Shown: piece after piece, positions 1 through 9,082 of the stretch
How positions within the stretch are numbered: position 1 is the first letter of the stretch
Layout: the number at the start of each line of letters is the position of its first letter
DNA from: Fibrobacterota bacterium
Lineage (GTDB): Bacteria; Fibrobacterota; Fibrobacteria; UBA11236
Direction: 5' to 3'
Assembly (NCBI GenBank): GCA_947482115.1
Contig: CANKII010000002.1
Location: 424,137-488,136 of the forward strand
DNA: 64,000 bases
Notes under the pieces: model-generated
Database searches by the model: none
The model's input: the letters and a program-made list of their open reading frames with translations, nothing else
Told to the model about the DNA's origin: nothing
Program-made: the position numbers and the translations under genes

Positions 1-765
1 TCCGAGTTGGTTGGTGCGCACGAAGCCGCCCTTGCCATTGGCCAGTTTCACGGACAACCAATCTCCGCGCTGTTCCACGATTTCGAATCGCGAGCCTTCG
101 TGAACTTTGGCGAGGACTTGATAATTCTCTCCGGGTCCGCTGAACATTTCAACTGCGGGTTGGAGCACAATTCCGTATTGCATGGTTTCCTGCTGGTGAA
201 TCTTGTAAATCAGGGAAGGGGAGAAAGCGGCCAAGGTCAGCGAAGCGACCACGGCGATTAATATGGAAAGCCAGCGCAGGAATGAAGTGAGGAACAGCGC
301 GGCAGCGACTGCGGCAAATGCCAGAGCGAACAGGCCGAAAGCGATCCACAATCCGGCACGAACCGAGTAACTCGCATGCACATTCCACAATAACTTGGTC
401 AGCAGGTTCGGTTCCGGTTCAGGGATCTTGTCCGCCACTTGCGACTGTGCGAACCGCAAATTGAACTGAATATCCTCATCCAGCGGATCCAGTTTGCGTG
501 CCCGCTCATAATTCAGAATCGAAAGGCCCAGTTGATGCTGGCGGAAAAGGGCATTGCCATGGTTGTAATAAAGCCGTGCATTAGCCACGCCTAAATCCTC
601 GGCCTTTTGGTAGTCAGAAGAGGCTTCCTCGAAGCTTCCTTTTTCATAGGCTTCGTTCCCTTTGCGGAACCAGTCGGTCGCCTGGGAAAGATCGGATGCG
701 ATGGCACCGGAAAAAGAAAGAAGAAGGAGGAGAGCTAAGCCCCTCACCCCCAACCCCTCTCCCAT
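1..765 (-). CDS. BatE-like TPR + SH3b membrane protein (3' end cut by window edge)
   Basis: Absent from the ORF track because it runs off the window. Manual minus-strand translation is open from 846 to 1. It reads MGEGLGVRGLALLLLLSFSGAIASDLSQATDWFRKGNEAYEKGSFEEA.. (TPR), then two hydrophobic helices, then an SH3b-like tail ..EGSRFEIVEQRGDWLSVKLANGKGGFVRTNQLG. Candidate starts are ATG 765, GTG 747, or ATG 846 (an ATGA overlap with the batD stop). All three lie in or read through the repeat. Confidence 0.7.
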   Translation of the reverse strand, partial: MGEGLGVRGLALLLLLSFSGAIASDLSQATDWFRKGNEAYEKGSFEEASSDYQKAEDLGVANARLYYNHGNALFRQHQLGLSILNYERARKLDPLDEDIQFNLRFAQSQVADKIPEPEPNLLTKLLWNVHASYSVRAGLWIAFGLFALAFAAVAAALFLTSFLRWLSILIAVVASLTLAAFSPSLIYKIHQQETMQYGIVLQPAVEMFSGPGENYQVLAKVHEGSRFEIVEQRGDWLSVKLANGKGGFVRTNQLG

Positions 766-842
766 CTTAAAGGATAAGAGAGGGGAGAAGTATGTCCTAC
801 TCCCCTTCCCCTCAAGAGGGGAAGGGGTTGGGGGATGGGGTG
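740..842. repeat. Composite G/C-run palindromic repeat, copy 1
   Basis: Sequence is cccctcacccccaacccctctccc-atcttaaaggat-aagagagggg ... ctccccttcccctc-aaga-ggggaaggggttgggggatgggg. The outer arms and two inner hairpins are self-complementary. Related copies lie at 3227-3326, 24771-24812 and 26365-26511. Confidence 0.8.
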
Positions 843-2606
843 TCATTTCAACTCCCTGTCCAACTGTTCCAACAGTTTTGCGCCGGCTTCGATATCCGCC
901 TTTAATTCCACTTCCGAAGATTTGAGGCCGGCGAATTGTCCGAAGTCACAGCGCTGCATGAGCGATTCATAAGTCCCGGCGGTTTCGATCGAAGCTCCGT
1001 GTTGTAACAAGACTTCCCGTGCATCATCCAGTCTCATGCCGCGGAATTCCTGATTCAAAGCATCGCTTGCCAGTCCCATCAAGGCTTCGGAAAGTTCGCG
1101 ATAGAAATCGACAGGCTTGTTTGAAGACAACGCCAGTTGCGCCTGCTTGAGTCGTTTGCGCATGCGGGACGCTGCCTGTGTTTTACGCAGGAAAGCCGCA
1201 TCCGTTCCCAGACGATCCCGGCGGCGGCGCAAGACCAACGCGCCGGCGAATGCCAGCGGGGAGAGCAAAATCAAGCCTCCAAACCAGACATGATGGTAGG
1301 GTAGATCGCCTTCGTTTTCCAATCGCGAATTGTTCGTTTTGATGTGACGAATGTCGGAACCCAAGTCGGAGATTTCACGCTGGGTCAAGGCGCGGGTTTG
1401 TGGAACGGTTTCCTCTTTGCCCGGGCCGACCTGAAGGCTGATGTGGTTCGCTTCCACCTGTGAATAGGCGGCACGTCGGGGATCAAAATAGGGGAAGGCA
1501 ATACCTTCAAGACTGTAAGCTCCCTGCCGCCGTGGAATCAAAGCGTACTTGAAAACCTTGGTGGTCCACTCCGTGTTGCCTTGCAAGGCACTGGAACTGG
1601 ATTCTTCGGGATCGAATACTTCGAAGTCTTTCAATTCCGGCATGATGGGCTTGGTCATGGATTTGGGTTGTCCATTGCCGCGAATGGTGACCGTAAGCGT
1701 AACCGCATCTCCGGCGGCCACCGTGGTTTTATCCACCTTGGCGGAGATGGAATATTCACCCACTGAGCCGGTGAAGCCAGTAGGGGCTCCCGAAGGCAGC
1801 GGAAGGACTTCCATTTTCAACGGTTCGGCAAATGCCTTTTGCGTGATGACGTTGGCTCCGCCAAAAAACATGTCGAACATGTCCTGACCATTGCGGCCGT
1901 TGCGCTTGACCACCTGATATTCCACCGGAATGCCTTCCAGACTGGCCGTGCCCGGCAACAGGGGAAACAGGGCGATATGGATGTCAAACACCTTGGCCTG
2001 CTGGCCGTTGATGGTGACAACCGTCGGGGCGATGTTTTTTTCCAGGCGCTCGAAGAAGAATTTTTCACCGATCAGTTTCTGCATGTCCTGCGGCAAATTG
2101 ATGGCCTGTACGCCGTCCTTGGGAAGAATGCGCAGGGTATAAAGAACCTGCTCGCCGATATAGGCTTTTCGTTTGTTGACCGTGGATTGTGTGGTGAGGC
2201 TGGAAACGGATTTGGTGATGTTGATTCGTGCGCTACCGAGTTCCTGCGTGAAATCCTTGAACACATAGCGAATGGGTCCGAGGACGTAAGCGCCGGGTTG
2301 CTGGGTGCTCAGGGAATAAACAAAGGTGGTGATGTAGGAGTTGTTGTGGCTGACCTGTCCGTTGATGATGGTGGTCTGGGAGTTGGAAGACATGGAAGTG
2401 TTTTTGGTGACCTGAAAATGCTCCAGCCCCTGTACCTGGGGCCACGGCAATTCCTCTTTCTTGTCATTCGCAACCTGAACCTGTAAGGTGAAGGTTTCGC
2501 CTGTCATCACGTCATTGGTGCTGAGACTGGCACCGGCGGACATGGCCCATCCGCATCCCGTTGCCAGGATGAAGACAAACAACCCGATGAATCCAAAAGC
2601 CTTCAT
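843..2606 (-). CDS. batD: BatD-like oxygen-tolerance protein
   Basis: 587 aa with a signal/lipobox-like N-terminus (ILATGCGW), repeated Ig-like BatD modules, a TM helix (VWFGGLILLSPLAFAGALVL) and a helical cytoplasmic tail. Sits after batA/batB/TPR. Confidence 0.8.
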   Translation of the reverse strand: MKAFGFIGLFVFILATGCGWAMSAGASLSTNDVMTGETFTLQVQVANDKKEELPWPQVQGLEHFQVTKNTSMSSNSQTTIINGQVSHNNSYITTFVYSLSTQQPGAYVLGPIRYVFKDFTQELGSARINITKSVSSLTTQSTVNKRKAYIGEQVLYTLRILPKDGVQAINLPQDMQKLIGEKFFFERLEKNIAPTVVTINGQQAKVFDIHIALFPLLPGTASLEGIPVEYQVVKRNGRNGQDMFDMFFGGANVITQKAFAEPLKMEVLPLPSGAPTGFTGSVGEYSISAKVDKTTVAAGDAVTLTVTIRGNGQPKSMTKPIMPELKDFEVFDPEESSSSALQGNTEWTTKVFKYALIPRRQGAYSLEGIAFPYFDPRRAAYSQVEANHISLQVGPGKEETVPQTRALTQREISDLGSDIRHIKTNNSRLENEGDLPYHHVWFGGLILLSPLAFAGALVLRRRRDRLGTDAAFLRKTQAASRMRKRLKQAQLALSSNKPVDFYRELSEALMGLASDALNQEFRGMRLDDAREVLLQHGASIETAGTYESLMQRCDFGQFAGLKSSEVELKADIEAGAKLLEQLDRELK

Positions 2607-2611
2607 TTCCC

Positions 2612-3334
2612 TTACCAGTCCTCTTGTCCCGATCCAGTGCCGCGTTTACGCGGAGCATCCTGCCGTTGTTGTTGGGTTTTCTTTTCCTCGTCCACGAAGG
2701 AATTTAACAACCGCTCCGCTTCCTCCTTGCTCATCTGGCCTGGCATGCGTTTCGCCTGGCCGCCTTTGCCGGAAAAATCCTTGGGGGGCTGGCCGTTTTT
2801 GTCCTCCGGTTTGGGTTGCGGCTGCTTGTTTTTATCCTGACCGGCACTGTCTTTCGGACTTTGATTCTTGTCCTGTTGATCTTTTTTCTGGGAGTCCTTG
2901 CCTTGGTTTTTTGAGTCCTTGTTTTGACCGTTCTGATCTTTTTGATCCTTCTGGTCTTTTGGGTTCTGTTTGGAATCCTTGTTCTTGTCGTTGTTTCCGC
3001 CGCCGCTTTGGTTTTGATCCTGGCGTTGCTGGTTTTTCATCTGCTTCAACAAGTCGTTCAGATTTTGAAGTTTGGGATCATCGGGATAATTCTGAAGGCC
3101 TTCCTCAACCTCCACGCCGGCTTCCTGCATCCGGTTGTCGATGTACTTATAAAAGGCCCCATGCAAATAATCTTCGGCGCTTTTGGCCAACGAAGAAGAA
3201 GCGAGAAGTAGGAGGCATAACAATGTCCTCACCCAACCCCCGTTCCCCATTCCCTCTCCATTCTTAAAGGAATGGAGAGGGAATGGGGCTGTGACCTGGG
3301 CAATAGATAATGGGGGATGGGTGAGGTGGTTCAT
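2612..3334 (-). CDS. Secreted low-complexity K/D/Q/N-rich protein of the Bat operon
   Basis: The start at 3334 forms an ATGA overlap with the upstream TPR gene stop, but the N-terminus then translates the repeat. The alternative start ATG 3250 (MGNGGWVRTLLCLLLLASSSLA) gives a canonical signal peptide. The central region is KDQKDQKDQNGQNKDSKNQGKDSQKKDQQDKNQ. Confidence 0.7.
   Translation of the reverse strand: MNHLTHPPLSIAQVTAPFPLHSFKNGEGMGNGGWVRTLLCLLLLASSSLAKSAEDYLHGAFYKYIDNRMQEAGVEVEEGLQNYPDDPKLQNLNDLLKQMKNQQRQDQNQSGGGNNDKNKDSKQNPKDQKDQKDQNGQNKDSKNQGKDSQKKDQQDKNQSPKDSAGQDKNKQPQPKPEDKNGQPPKDFSGKGGQAKRMPGQMSKEEAERLLNSFVDEEKKTQQQRQDAPRKRGTGSGQEDW
3227..3326. repeat. Composite G/C-run palindromic repeat, copy 2
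   Basis: Outer arms are cctcacccaaccccc / gggggatgggtgagg. The inner hairpin ccccattccctctccattc-ttaaa-ggaatggagagggaatgggg is a perfect 19-bp stem by eye. It fills the gap between the TPR gene stop (3331) and ATG 3250. Confidence 0.8.
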
Positions 3335-4134
3335 ATCACTCCCGTGCCTCCCTGTTGCGCGCGGGGATCCTGCTGTTGCGGAGGCGACGGCTTTTCGCCT
3401 TTCAGGATTTTGATGACGTCGTCAATGCGTTGCACATAACTCTTGTAAGATGCCGCAGTGGGATCCTCACTCAGGATGGCCTCCAATACGGATTTGGCTT
3501 CGGCATAGCGGTGTTGTTGTGCCAATTGCAAGGCACGGGCCAAAGCTTCTTTCGCCTTCGCATCCGGCTCGGGCGGTTTTTGATTGTTGGGCTGTTGCTT
3601 CTGTTGCTGTTCTTTCTTGTCCAGCAATTCCTTGATCCGGATTTGCGTCACTTCGACATTGCGTTTTGCATCCGCATTATTCGGATTGATTTCCAGTGAC
3701 TTTTTGTAATGTGCCAAAGCTTCGCGATAATCCGAAATGCCTTCCTGCTGTCCGGCTTGCAATGCCGCCTCGCCTTTGCGGAAATAGGCATTGCCCATAT
3801 TGTAATGGGCTTTGGAAACCAAAGCGCCGTCCTTGCTTTCCAAAGCCTTGGCATAAGAGGCAATGGCTTCGGGATATTGTTTCTTCCGGAGCTCGGCATT
3901 GCCACTGTTATAAGCGAGAATTTGGGACGCAGGTTGATCCTGCGCGGCCTCGGCATATTTCTTCAAAGCCTCGTCATAGTTTTCATTGTGATAGGCGCGG
4001 TTTCCCTGTTTGGCCGGAGAACTTTCCAATCCGAAAAATCGTAACAGCGCGTTTTGTCCCAGTGCAGGAACGGCAAAACTCAGGAGAGCCGCTATGCCCA
4101 ATCGTATCCATGCTTTGGATTCACGGCGCATCAT
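3331..4134 (-). CDS. batC: TPR-repeat protein, BatC-like
   Basis: Signal peptide followed by TPR motifs (YNSGNAELRKKQYPEAIASYAKALE; YNMGNAYFRKGE..AL.HYKKSLEINPNNADA). ATG 4134 makes an ATGA overlap with the batB stop. The track start at 4152 is the alternative. Confidence 0.8.
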   Translation of the reverse strand: MMRRESKAWIRLGIAALLSFAVPALGQNALLRFFGLESSPAKQGNRAYHNENYDEALKKYAEAAQDQPASQILAYNSGNAELRKKQYPEAIASYAKALESKDGALVSKAHYNMGNAYFRKGEAALQAGQQEGISDYREALAHYKKSLEINPNNADAKRNVEVTQIRIKELLDKKEQQQKQQPNNQKPPEPDAKAKEALARALQLAQQHRYAEAKSVLEAILSEDPTAASYKSYVQRIDDVIKILKGEKPSPPQQQDPRAQQGGTGVI

Positions 4135-5156
4135 GTGAATCTCCCGGCCCATTCCCGTTTGCGACGGCGGCGATCCGAAATCAAGGTCTCGGCGATTAAC
4201 AAAGCCAGTGCGATAGCCAGAGGCAGTTGATAGCGGTCTTCAAAGCGGGTGAATTTGTCCGCATCGGTTTCCCGTTTTTCCATGCCGTTGATCTCCTTGA
4301 GAACATCAAGCAATTCATAATGACCCGGTTCGGCGTGGTAAAACTTCCCGCCGGTGAGCTGTGCGATTTTTTTCAACAGCTCCGGATCCATGCGGGACGC
4401 CACAATGTTCCCATCCACATCCTTCTTGTAAGCAACCCGGCCATATTCATCCTTGATGGGAATGGGCACGCCAGAAGTCAAACCAATTCCCACCGTGTAC
4501 ACGATGACGCCTTCTTTGGCGGCTTCCGCAGCGGCGGCTTCCGCGCCGCCGCTGTGATCCTCGCCGTCGGTGAGCAACAGCAGCACGCGGTATTTTCGAT
4601 CGGAAGGGTCAAAGGCTTTCATCGAGGTTTCGATGGCTCGTCCAATGTCCGTACCCGGTGTTTCGATCAGATTGGGATCGAGCACGTCGAGGAAAATGCG
4701 AAAAGCGCTGTAGTCCGAGGTGAGTGGGCATTGCAGAAATGCATCTCCGGCAAAGGCCACCAGTCCCACGCGATCTCCTCCGAGTTGATCCACGAAGCGC
4801 ATGATTTCTTGCTTGCTCCGGGCAAGGCGGTTGGGTTTGATGTCTTCGGCGTACATGGAAAGCGACACATCCATGGCCACGACAATGTCGAGCCCGCGTC
4901 GCTTCATCAATTCCATTTTGGTGCCCCATTGTGGACGCGCGAGGCTGAGTACGACGAAGAACACAGCGAAAAGCAGCAGACTCATCTTGATGATTTGACG
5001 GATGATGGATGTGCCGGCCACCATGCGTTTCAGCATTTCTGTTTCAGCAAAGCGTTTCAACAGCGCCGACTTGCGCCAGAAAGCCCATGCGAAGAAAGCG
5101 CCCAAAACAGGAATCAGGAGCATCAACCAGAAAGCAGACAAGTTCCCGAATCTCAT
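4131..5156 (-). CDS. batB: VWA-domain protein BatB
   Basis: N-terminal TM helices and a vWFA MIDAS motif (DIVVAMDVSLSM..PNRL). The likely start is MRFGNLSAFWLMLL at 5156, 1 nt after the batA stop. The track start is 5201. Confidence 0.85.
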   Translation of the reverse strand: MRFGNLSAFWLMLLIPVLGAFFAWAFWRKSALLKRFAETEMLKRMVAGTSIIRQIIKMSLLLFAVFFVVLSLARPQWGTKMELMKRRGLDIVVAMDVSLSMYAEDIKPNRLARSKQEIMRFVDQLGGDRVGLVAFAGDAFLQCPLTSDYSAFRIFLDVLDPNLIETPGTDIGRAIETSMKAFDPSDRKYRVLLLLTDGEDHSGGAEAAAAEAAKEGVIVYTVGIGLTSGVPIPIKDEYGRVAYKKDVDGNIVASRMDPELLKKIAQLTGGKFYHAEPGHYELLDVLKEINGMEKRETDADKFTRFEDRYQLPLAIALALLIAETLISDRRRRKREWAGRFT

Positions 5157-5157
5157 A

Positions 5158-6153
5158 TCATGGCACCTTCCGGAATCGGGTTTGCGCCAGAATGGATTCA
5201 AGGATTAACAGGCCGAGAGCGATGTAAGCCAAGGTCATGAACAATTCGCGATAGCGGGAGTAACTGTTGGTTTTAATCTCGGACTTTTCCAGTTTGTCGA
5301 TGGACTGGTAAATATCTTGCAAGGCTTGATTGTCCTGGGCGCGGTAACATTTGCCGCCGGTGAGATCCGCGATTTGCTGAAGCATGGGCATGTCCACATC
5401 ACTGCGAATGGCCACGATGCGTTTTCCGAAGACCGGATCATCGACTTCGATGGGTTGATCGCCGTCCTTGCCTACCCCGATGGTGTACACCTTGATTCCC
5501 AGCGCTTGTGCCGCACGCGCAGCCGTGACCGGATCCACTTCACCAGAATTGTTCTGTCCATCGGTGAGCAGCACAATGACCTTGCTCTTGGCTGTGGAAC
5601 CACGCAGACGGTTTACGCCATTCAATATCGCAGTTCCAATGGCCGTTCCATCTTCAACATGACCAAAATCCACGCGGCGCAAGAGTTGTGTCAAGACGCT
5701 ATAATCCAAGGTCAGCGGACATTGCGTATAGCTATGACCCGCAAAGACCACTAAGCCGATACGATCATGCTTGCGGCCCATGATGAAACTTTCAATCACC
5801 TTCTTGGCTGAAATCATCCGGTTGGGTTTCAGGTCCATGGTCTTCATGGAACTGGACACATCGAGGATCAAGGTGATATCCACGCCCTGTGTACTCACTT
5901 CCTCCAACGTTTCGCCCTGTTGGGGTCGAGCCAATGCGACAACGATCAAGGCAATGGCGGCCAGTCTTAACACAATCAGGACATGGCGCAAACGGTATGC
6001 TGTGCTGGGCGGCATGCGCTTCACAACGGCGAGCGAAGGAAAACGAATGCTGGCACGGCGCTGCTGATGACGGCGCAAATAATCCAAAGCCAGCAGCGGG
6101 ATAAGTGCCAGCAAGACAAAAGCCTGCGGATTTTGAAAATGAGGCCACGTCAT
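5158..6153 (-). CDS. batA: VWA-domain protein BatA
   Basis: MTWPHFQNPQAFVLLALIPLL.. followed by the vWFA MIDAS motif DITLILDVSSSMKTMDLKPNR. ATGA overlap with the upstream gene. Confidence 0.9.
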   Translation of the reverse strand: MTWPHFQNPQAFVLLALIPLLALDYLRRHQQRRASIRFPSLAVVKRMPPSTAYRLRHVLIVLRLAAIALIVVALARPQQGETLEEVSTQGVDITLILDVSSSMKTMDLKPNRMISAKKVIESFIMGRKHDRIGLVVFAGHSYTQCPLTLDYSVLTQLLRRVDFGHVEDGTAIGTAILNGVNRLRGSTAKSKVIVLLTDGQNNSGEVDPVTAARAAQALGIKVYTIGVGKDGDQPIEVDDPVFGKRIVAIRSDVDMPMLQQIADLTGGKCYRAQDNQALQDIYQSIDKLEKSEIKTNSYSRYRELFMTLAYIALGLLILESILAQTRFRKVP

Positions 6154-7184
6154 TTTTGTGGCCCCCCTGATTTGCCCCCCTCCGGGGGGCTGGGGGGGGA
6201 GGAAGGCTTGGTCCGCTCTGCAAAATCTTCCATCTCGCGAATCCGCTTTTCCGCTTCATCGTTTGTGATGCCAACAGTCGCGTATTTCAGAGGATCGAGA
6301 GATTCGCAAAATTCCCGCAGCCAGTCCTGTTGTATTTGGGAAAGGGGAAGCGGTGTCGCCTTGCCTAGGAATTCCTCGGTGGTGGATTCCAAAGCTTCAA
6401 TCCCATAACGGCGGCCCACATAATTGCGGAGAATTTCAGAAAGGGTGAAAGCGAATTCGCGCGATAGGTTTTGACTCGGAAGGTTGGCTTCACGAAGCAA
6501 ATGCAATCGATGAAGCGCCTCTTCGTAAGGCGGTAATGGTGGCGGTTCCGCCGCAGCGAGAATTTTCTTCGCTTGTATTCCGCGCCAAACGAAGAAACCA
6601 ATTAAAGCCAGTACAATGAATCCCAAACCGATGGCGCCCCATGGAGGCGGTTCGGGAAGGACTGCAACATCCGCGATGTCGGCAATGTCTTTTTCCGTTT
6701 CGGGCGAGGTGCGTTTGACCTTGATCTCGGTGGGCTGGGTGTAAAGAACCAGGGTATCCGTTGGCATGGACGATTGTCCACCCGAATAAAATTCAACGCG
6801 CTGCGGCGGCAGGGTATAGGTTCCCACCGTGAAGGTGGAAATGGTGAAGAGATAACTGACTGTGGATCGCCCGTCTTTGCTGGTGGTGGTTTGGGTGTGA
6901 TAATCCTTGACCTCGAATGCGCCGAGATTGCCCAATACGGCGGGCAACTCCACATGGCCGGATGCGGGGCCGGTGACATCGATTTCGTATTGGACGCGAT
7001 CTCCGATGGTGATTTCGGATCGATCCACCTTGGCTGTGACGTCCACGTTGGGCGCGGCGGTAGCGGACAACACGAATCCGATAATAATGGCCGCCACCGT
7101 ACGGGCGATGCATGCCATGCCCGGCAGGGCGTCCGGCCGGACGCCCCTACGAACGCCCAACGTTTTTAACATCATCCTAAACAC
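6150..7184 (-). CDS. BatD-N-like / DUF4381-like membrane protein
   Basis: 344 aa with a signal sequence, one Ig-like module (VDRSEITIGDRVQYEIDV), a TM helix (WGAIGLGFIVLALIGFFVW) and a helical tail. It occupies the position between DUF58 and batA that is typical of Bat operons. Confidence 0.7.
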   Translation of the reverse strand: MFRMMLKTLGVRRGVRPDALPGMACIARTVAAIIIGFVLSATAAPNVDVTAKVDRSEITIGDRVQYEIDVTGPASGHVELPAVLGNLGAFEVKDYHTQTTTSKDGRSTVSYLFTISTFTVGTYTLPPQRVEFYSGGQSSMPTDTLVLYTQPTEIKVKRTSPETEKDIADIADVAVLPEPPPWGAIGLGFIVLALIGFFVWRGIQAKKILAAAEPPPLPPYEEALHRLHLLREANLPSQNLSREFAFTLSEILRNYVGRRYGIEALESTTEEFLGKATPLPLSQIQQDWLREFCESLDPLKYATVGITNDEAEKRIREMEDFAERTKPSSPPSPPEGGKSGGPQK

Positions 7185-8076
7185 GGTTCTTCGCCCTCTT
7201 GCGGAAATAATCGATCAACGGTTGAATCGTATCCTCGTATTCCTTGCGAATCAAGATTTCCACGAAGTCTGTGTTCATACGGCGGAACAAGCGCCGAAGG
7301 TGCGTGCTTTCCTTTTGTACTTCTTTGCGAAAGGTTTCGCGAAACTCGGCATTACTCGTGTCGATGAGAACGACTTCACCGGTTTCCGCATCTTCCAATT
7401 CCAGAAAACCCACATCGGGCAAATCGCGCTCGCGCGGATCGGCCACCGTGATGGCGACTGTATCATGGCGTTGCCGCAACAACTTCATCGGCTGTTCAAA
7501 ATTTCCTGTGGCGAAATCGGAAACGAGGAAGACAACGGCACGGCGTTTCAAAAGTTTGTTCACCTGTTCCAGTGCATTGGCGAGATCCGTTCCGCGTTCC
7601 TGCGGTTCGTGATACAGCAACTCGCGAATGACGCGCAGCACATGCTTCTTGCCTTTTTGCGGCGGGATGTATTTCTCCACCTTGGAAGTGAAAATGAGCA
7701 GGCCCACGCGGTCGTTGTTTTTGATGGCAGAGAAAGCGAGCAGCGCGCTCAGCGTTGCCATCACTTCGCCTTTCATTTCCTTCTGGCTTCCGAATTCTCC
7801 GGATGAGGATGCGTCCACCACCAGCAACACGGTGAGCTCACGCTCTTCCACATATTGTTTGACGAACGGGTGTCCCTGCCTTGCGGTCACGTTCCAGTCG
7901 ATGGAACGGATGTCGTCGCCAGGAGTGTATTCGCGCACGGCGGAAAATTCCATCCCGCGGCCCTTGAAGGTCGAAGAATACGCACCGGACAATACCGAAT
8001 TTACCACACTGCGCGTGCGGATCTCGATTTGACGGACCTTGCTAAGAATCTCAGAAGGAATCATGATCGATTGCAA
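7177..8076 (-). CDS. DUF58 domain protein (MoxR partner)
   Basis: Carries the motif REYTPGDDIRSIDWNVTAR and a vWA-like core. Lies immediately downstream of moxR. Confidence 0.9.
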   Translation of the reverse strand: MQSIMIPSEILSKVRQIEIRTRSVVNSVLSGAYSSTFKGRGMEFSAVREYTPGDDIRSIDWNVTARQGHPFVKQYVEERELTVLLVVDASSSGEFGSQKEMKGEVMATLSALLAFSAIKNNDRVGLLIFTSKVEKYIPPQKGKKHVLRVIRELLYHEPQERGTDLANALEQVNKLLKRRAVVFLVSDFATGNFEQPMKLLRQRHDTVAITVADPRERDLPDVGFLELEDAETGEVVLIDTSNAEFRETFRKEVQKESTHLRRLFRRMNTDFVEILIRKEYEDTIQPLIDYFRKRAKNRV

Positions 8077-8083
8077 TTAAGGA

Positions 8084-9082
8084 TTAGGGAACCTCGACGC
8101 TGTCGAACACGCGTTGCACCACATTTTCCGATTTGATTTCCTCGGCCTCGGCTTCGTAGGTAAGGATGATGCGATGACGCATCACATCCATGCCCACGGC
8201 CTTGACATCTTCTGGCGTCACATAGCCGCGGCCACGCAACAGGGCATGCGCCTTGGAGGCTTTTGCCAGACTGATGCTGGTACGAGGTGAAGCGCCGTAT
8301 TCGATGAGGTTGGCCAAATCCTTGATGCCCGCGCCCGCCGGATCGCGAGTGGCTGCAACCAAGTTGACGATGTAATCCAGAATTTTGTCATCCATGTAAA
8401 TGTCGTTCACCAGTTTGCGACAACGGAGCACTTCTTCTTCCGTGGTGATGTGCGTCGGAACATGCAATCCTTTGCCGGACACCAGATTCACGATGGCTTT
8501 TTCCTCTTCCTTGGTGGGATAATTCAACACCACTTTGAGCATGAAGCGATCCACCTGCGCTTCGGGCAGGGGATAGGTGCCTTCCTGTTCGAGAGGATTT
8601 TGCGTGGCCAGTACGAGAAACAATTTCGGCAAATCGTAAGTCGTGTCGCCGATGGTGACATGTTTTTCCTGCATCGCTTCGAGCAATGCGGATTGCACTT
8701 TCGATGGAGCACGGTTGATTTCGTCCGCCAGCACGATGTTGGCGAATACCGGTCCGCGCTTGACATTGAAATCGCCGCTCTTCGGATTGAACACCATGGT
8801 GCCGATCAAATCAGCGGGCAAAAGATCGGGTGTGAATTGTACGCGACTGAAATGACAGGAGATGGCCGAAGCCAGCGCTTTCACCGCCGTCGTTTTTGCA
8901 AGACCCGGCACGCCTTCGAGAAGAACGTGTCCGTCGGCCAACAGACCGATAAGCAGGCTTTCCAACATGTGCTTCTGGCCGACAACGGTATGCCCGACTT
9001 CGTCGAGAATTTTCCGGAAGAAGGCCCCTTCGTTTTTGACCCGTTCGGTCAAAGCCTGAATGTCCACTTGTGTTGTTGTCAT
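8084..9082 (-). CDS. moxR: MoxR-family AAA+ ATPase
   Basis: Walker A GVPGLAKT and Walker B LADEINRA. 332 aa, the typical MoxR length. Confidence 0.95.
   Translation of the reverse strand: MTTTQVDIQALTERVKNEGAFFRKILDEVGHTVVGQKHMLESLLIGLLADGHVLLEGVPGLAKTTAVKALASAISCHFSRVQFTPDLLPADLIGTMVFNPKSGDFNVKRGPVFANIVLADEINRAPSKVQSALLEAMQEKHVTIGDTTYDLPKLFLVLATQNPLEQEGTYPLPEAQVDRFMLKVVLNYPTKEEEKAIVNLVSGKGLHVPTHITTEEEVLRCRKLVNDIYMDDKILDYIVNLVAATRDPAGAGIKDLANLIEYGASPRTSISLAKASKAHALLRGRGYVTPEDVKAVGMDVMRHRIILTYEAEAEEIKSENVVQRVFDSVEVP

Noticed and set aside
662-925. 87-aa + strand ORF with the PLTPNPSPILKDKRGEK..GEGVGGWGV sequence
   Set aside because: It is simply the translation of the palindromic G/C-run repeat plus flanks and overlaps the batD/batE junction.
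2488-3267. 259-aa + strand ORF
   Set aside because: Antisense to the batD start and the K/D/Q-rich gene. Its low-complexity Pro/Cys/Ser-rich product is an artefact of the repetitive antisense sequence.
4227-5240. 337-aa ORF on the + strand
   Set aside because: It is entirely antisense to batB, which has clear vWFA motifs. The translation is His/Gly/Arg-rich with no motif, as expected for a shadow ORF.
6907-7806. 299-aa + strand ORF
   Set aside because: Antisense to the DUF58 gene and the 6150-7184 gene, both supported by motifs and operon context.
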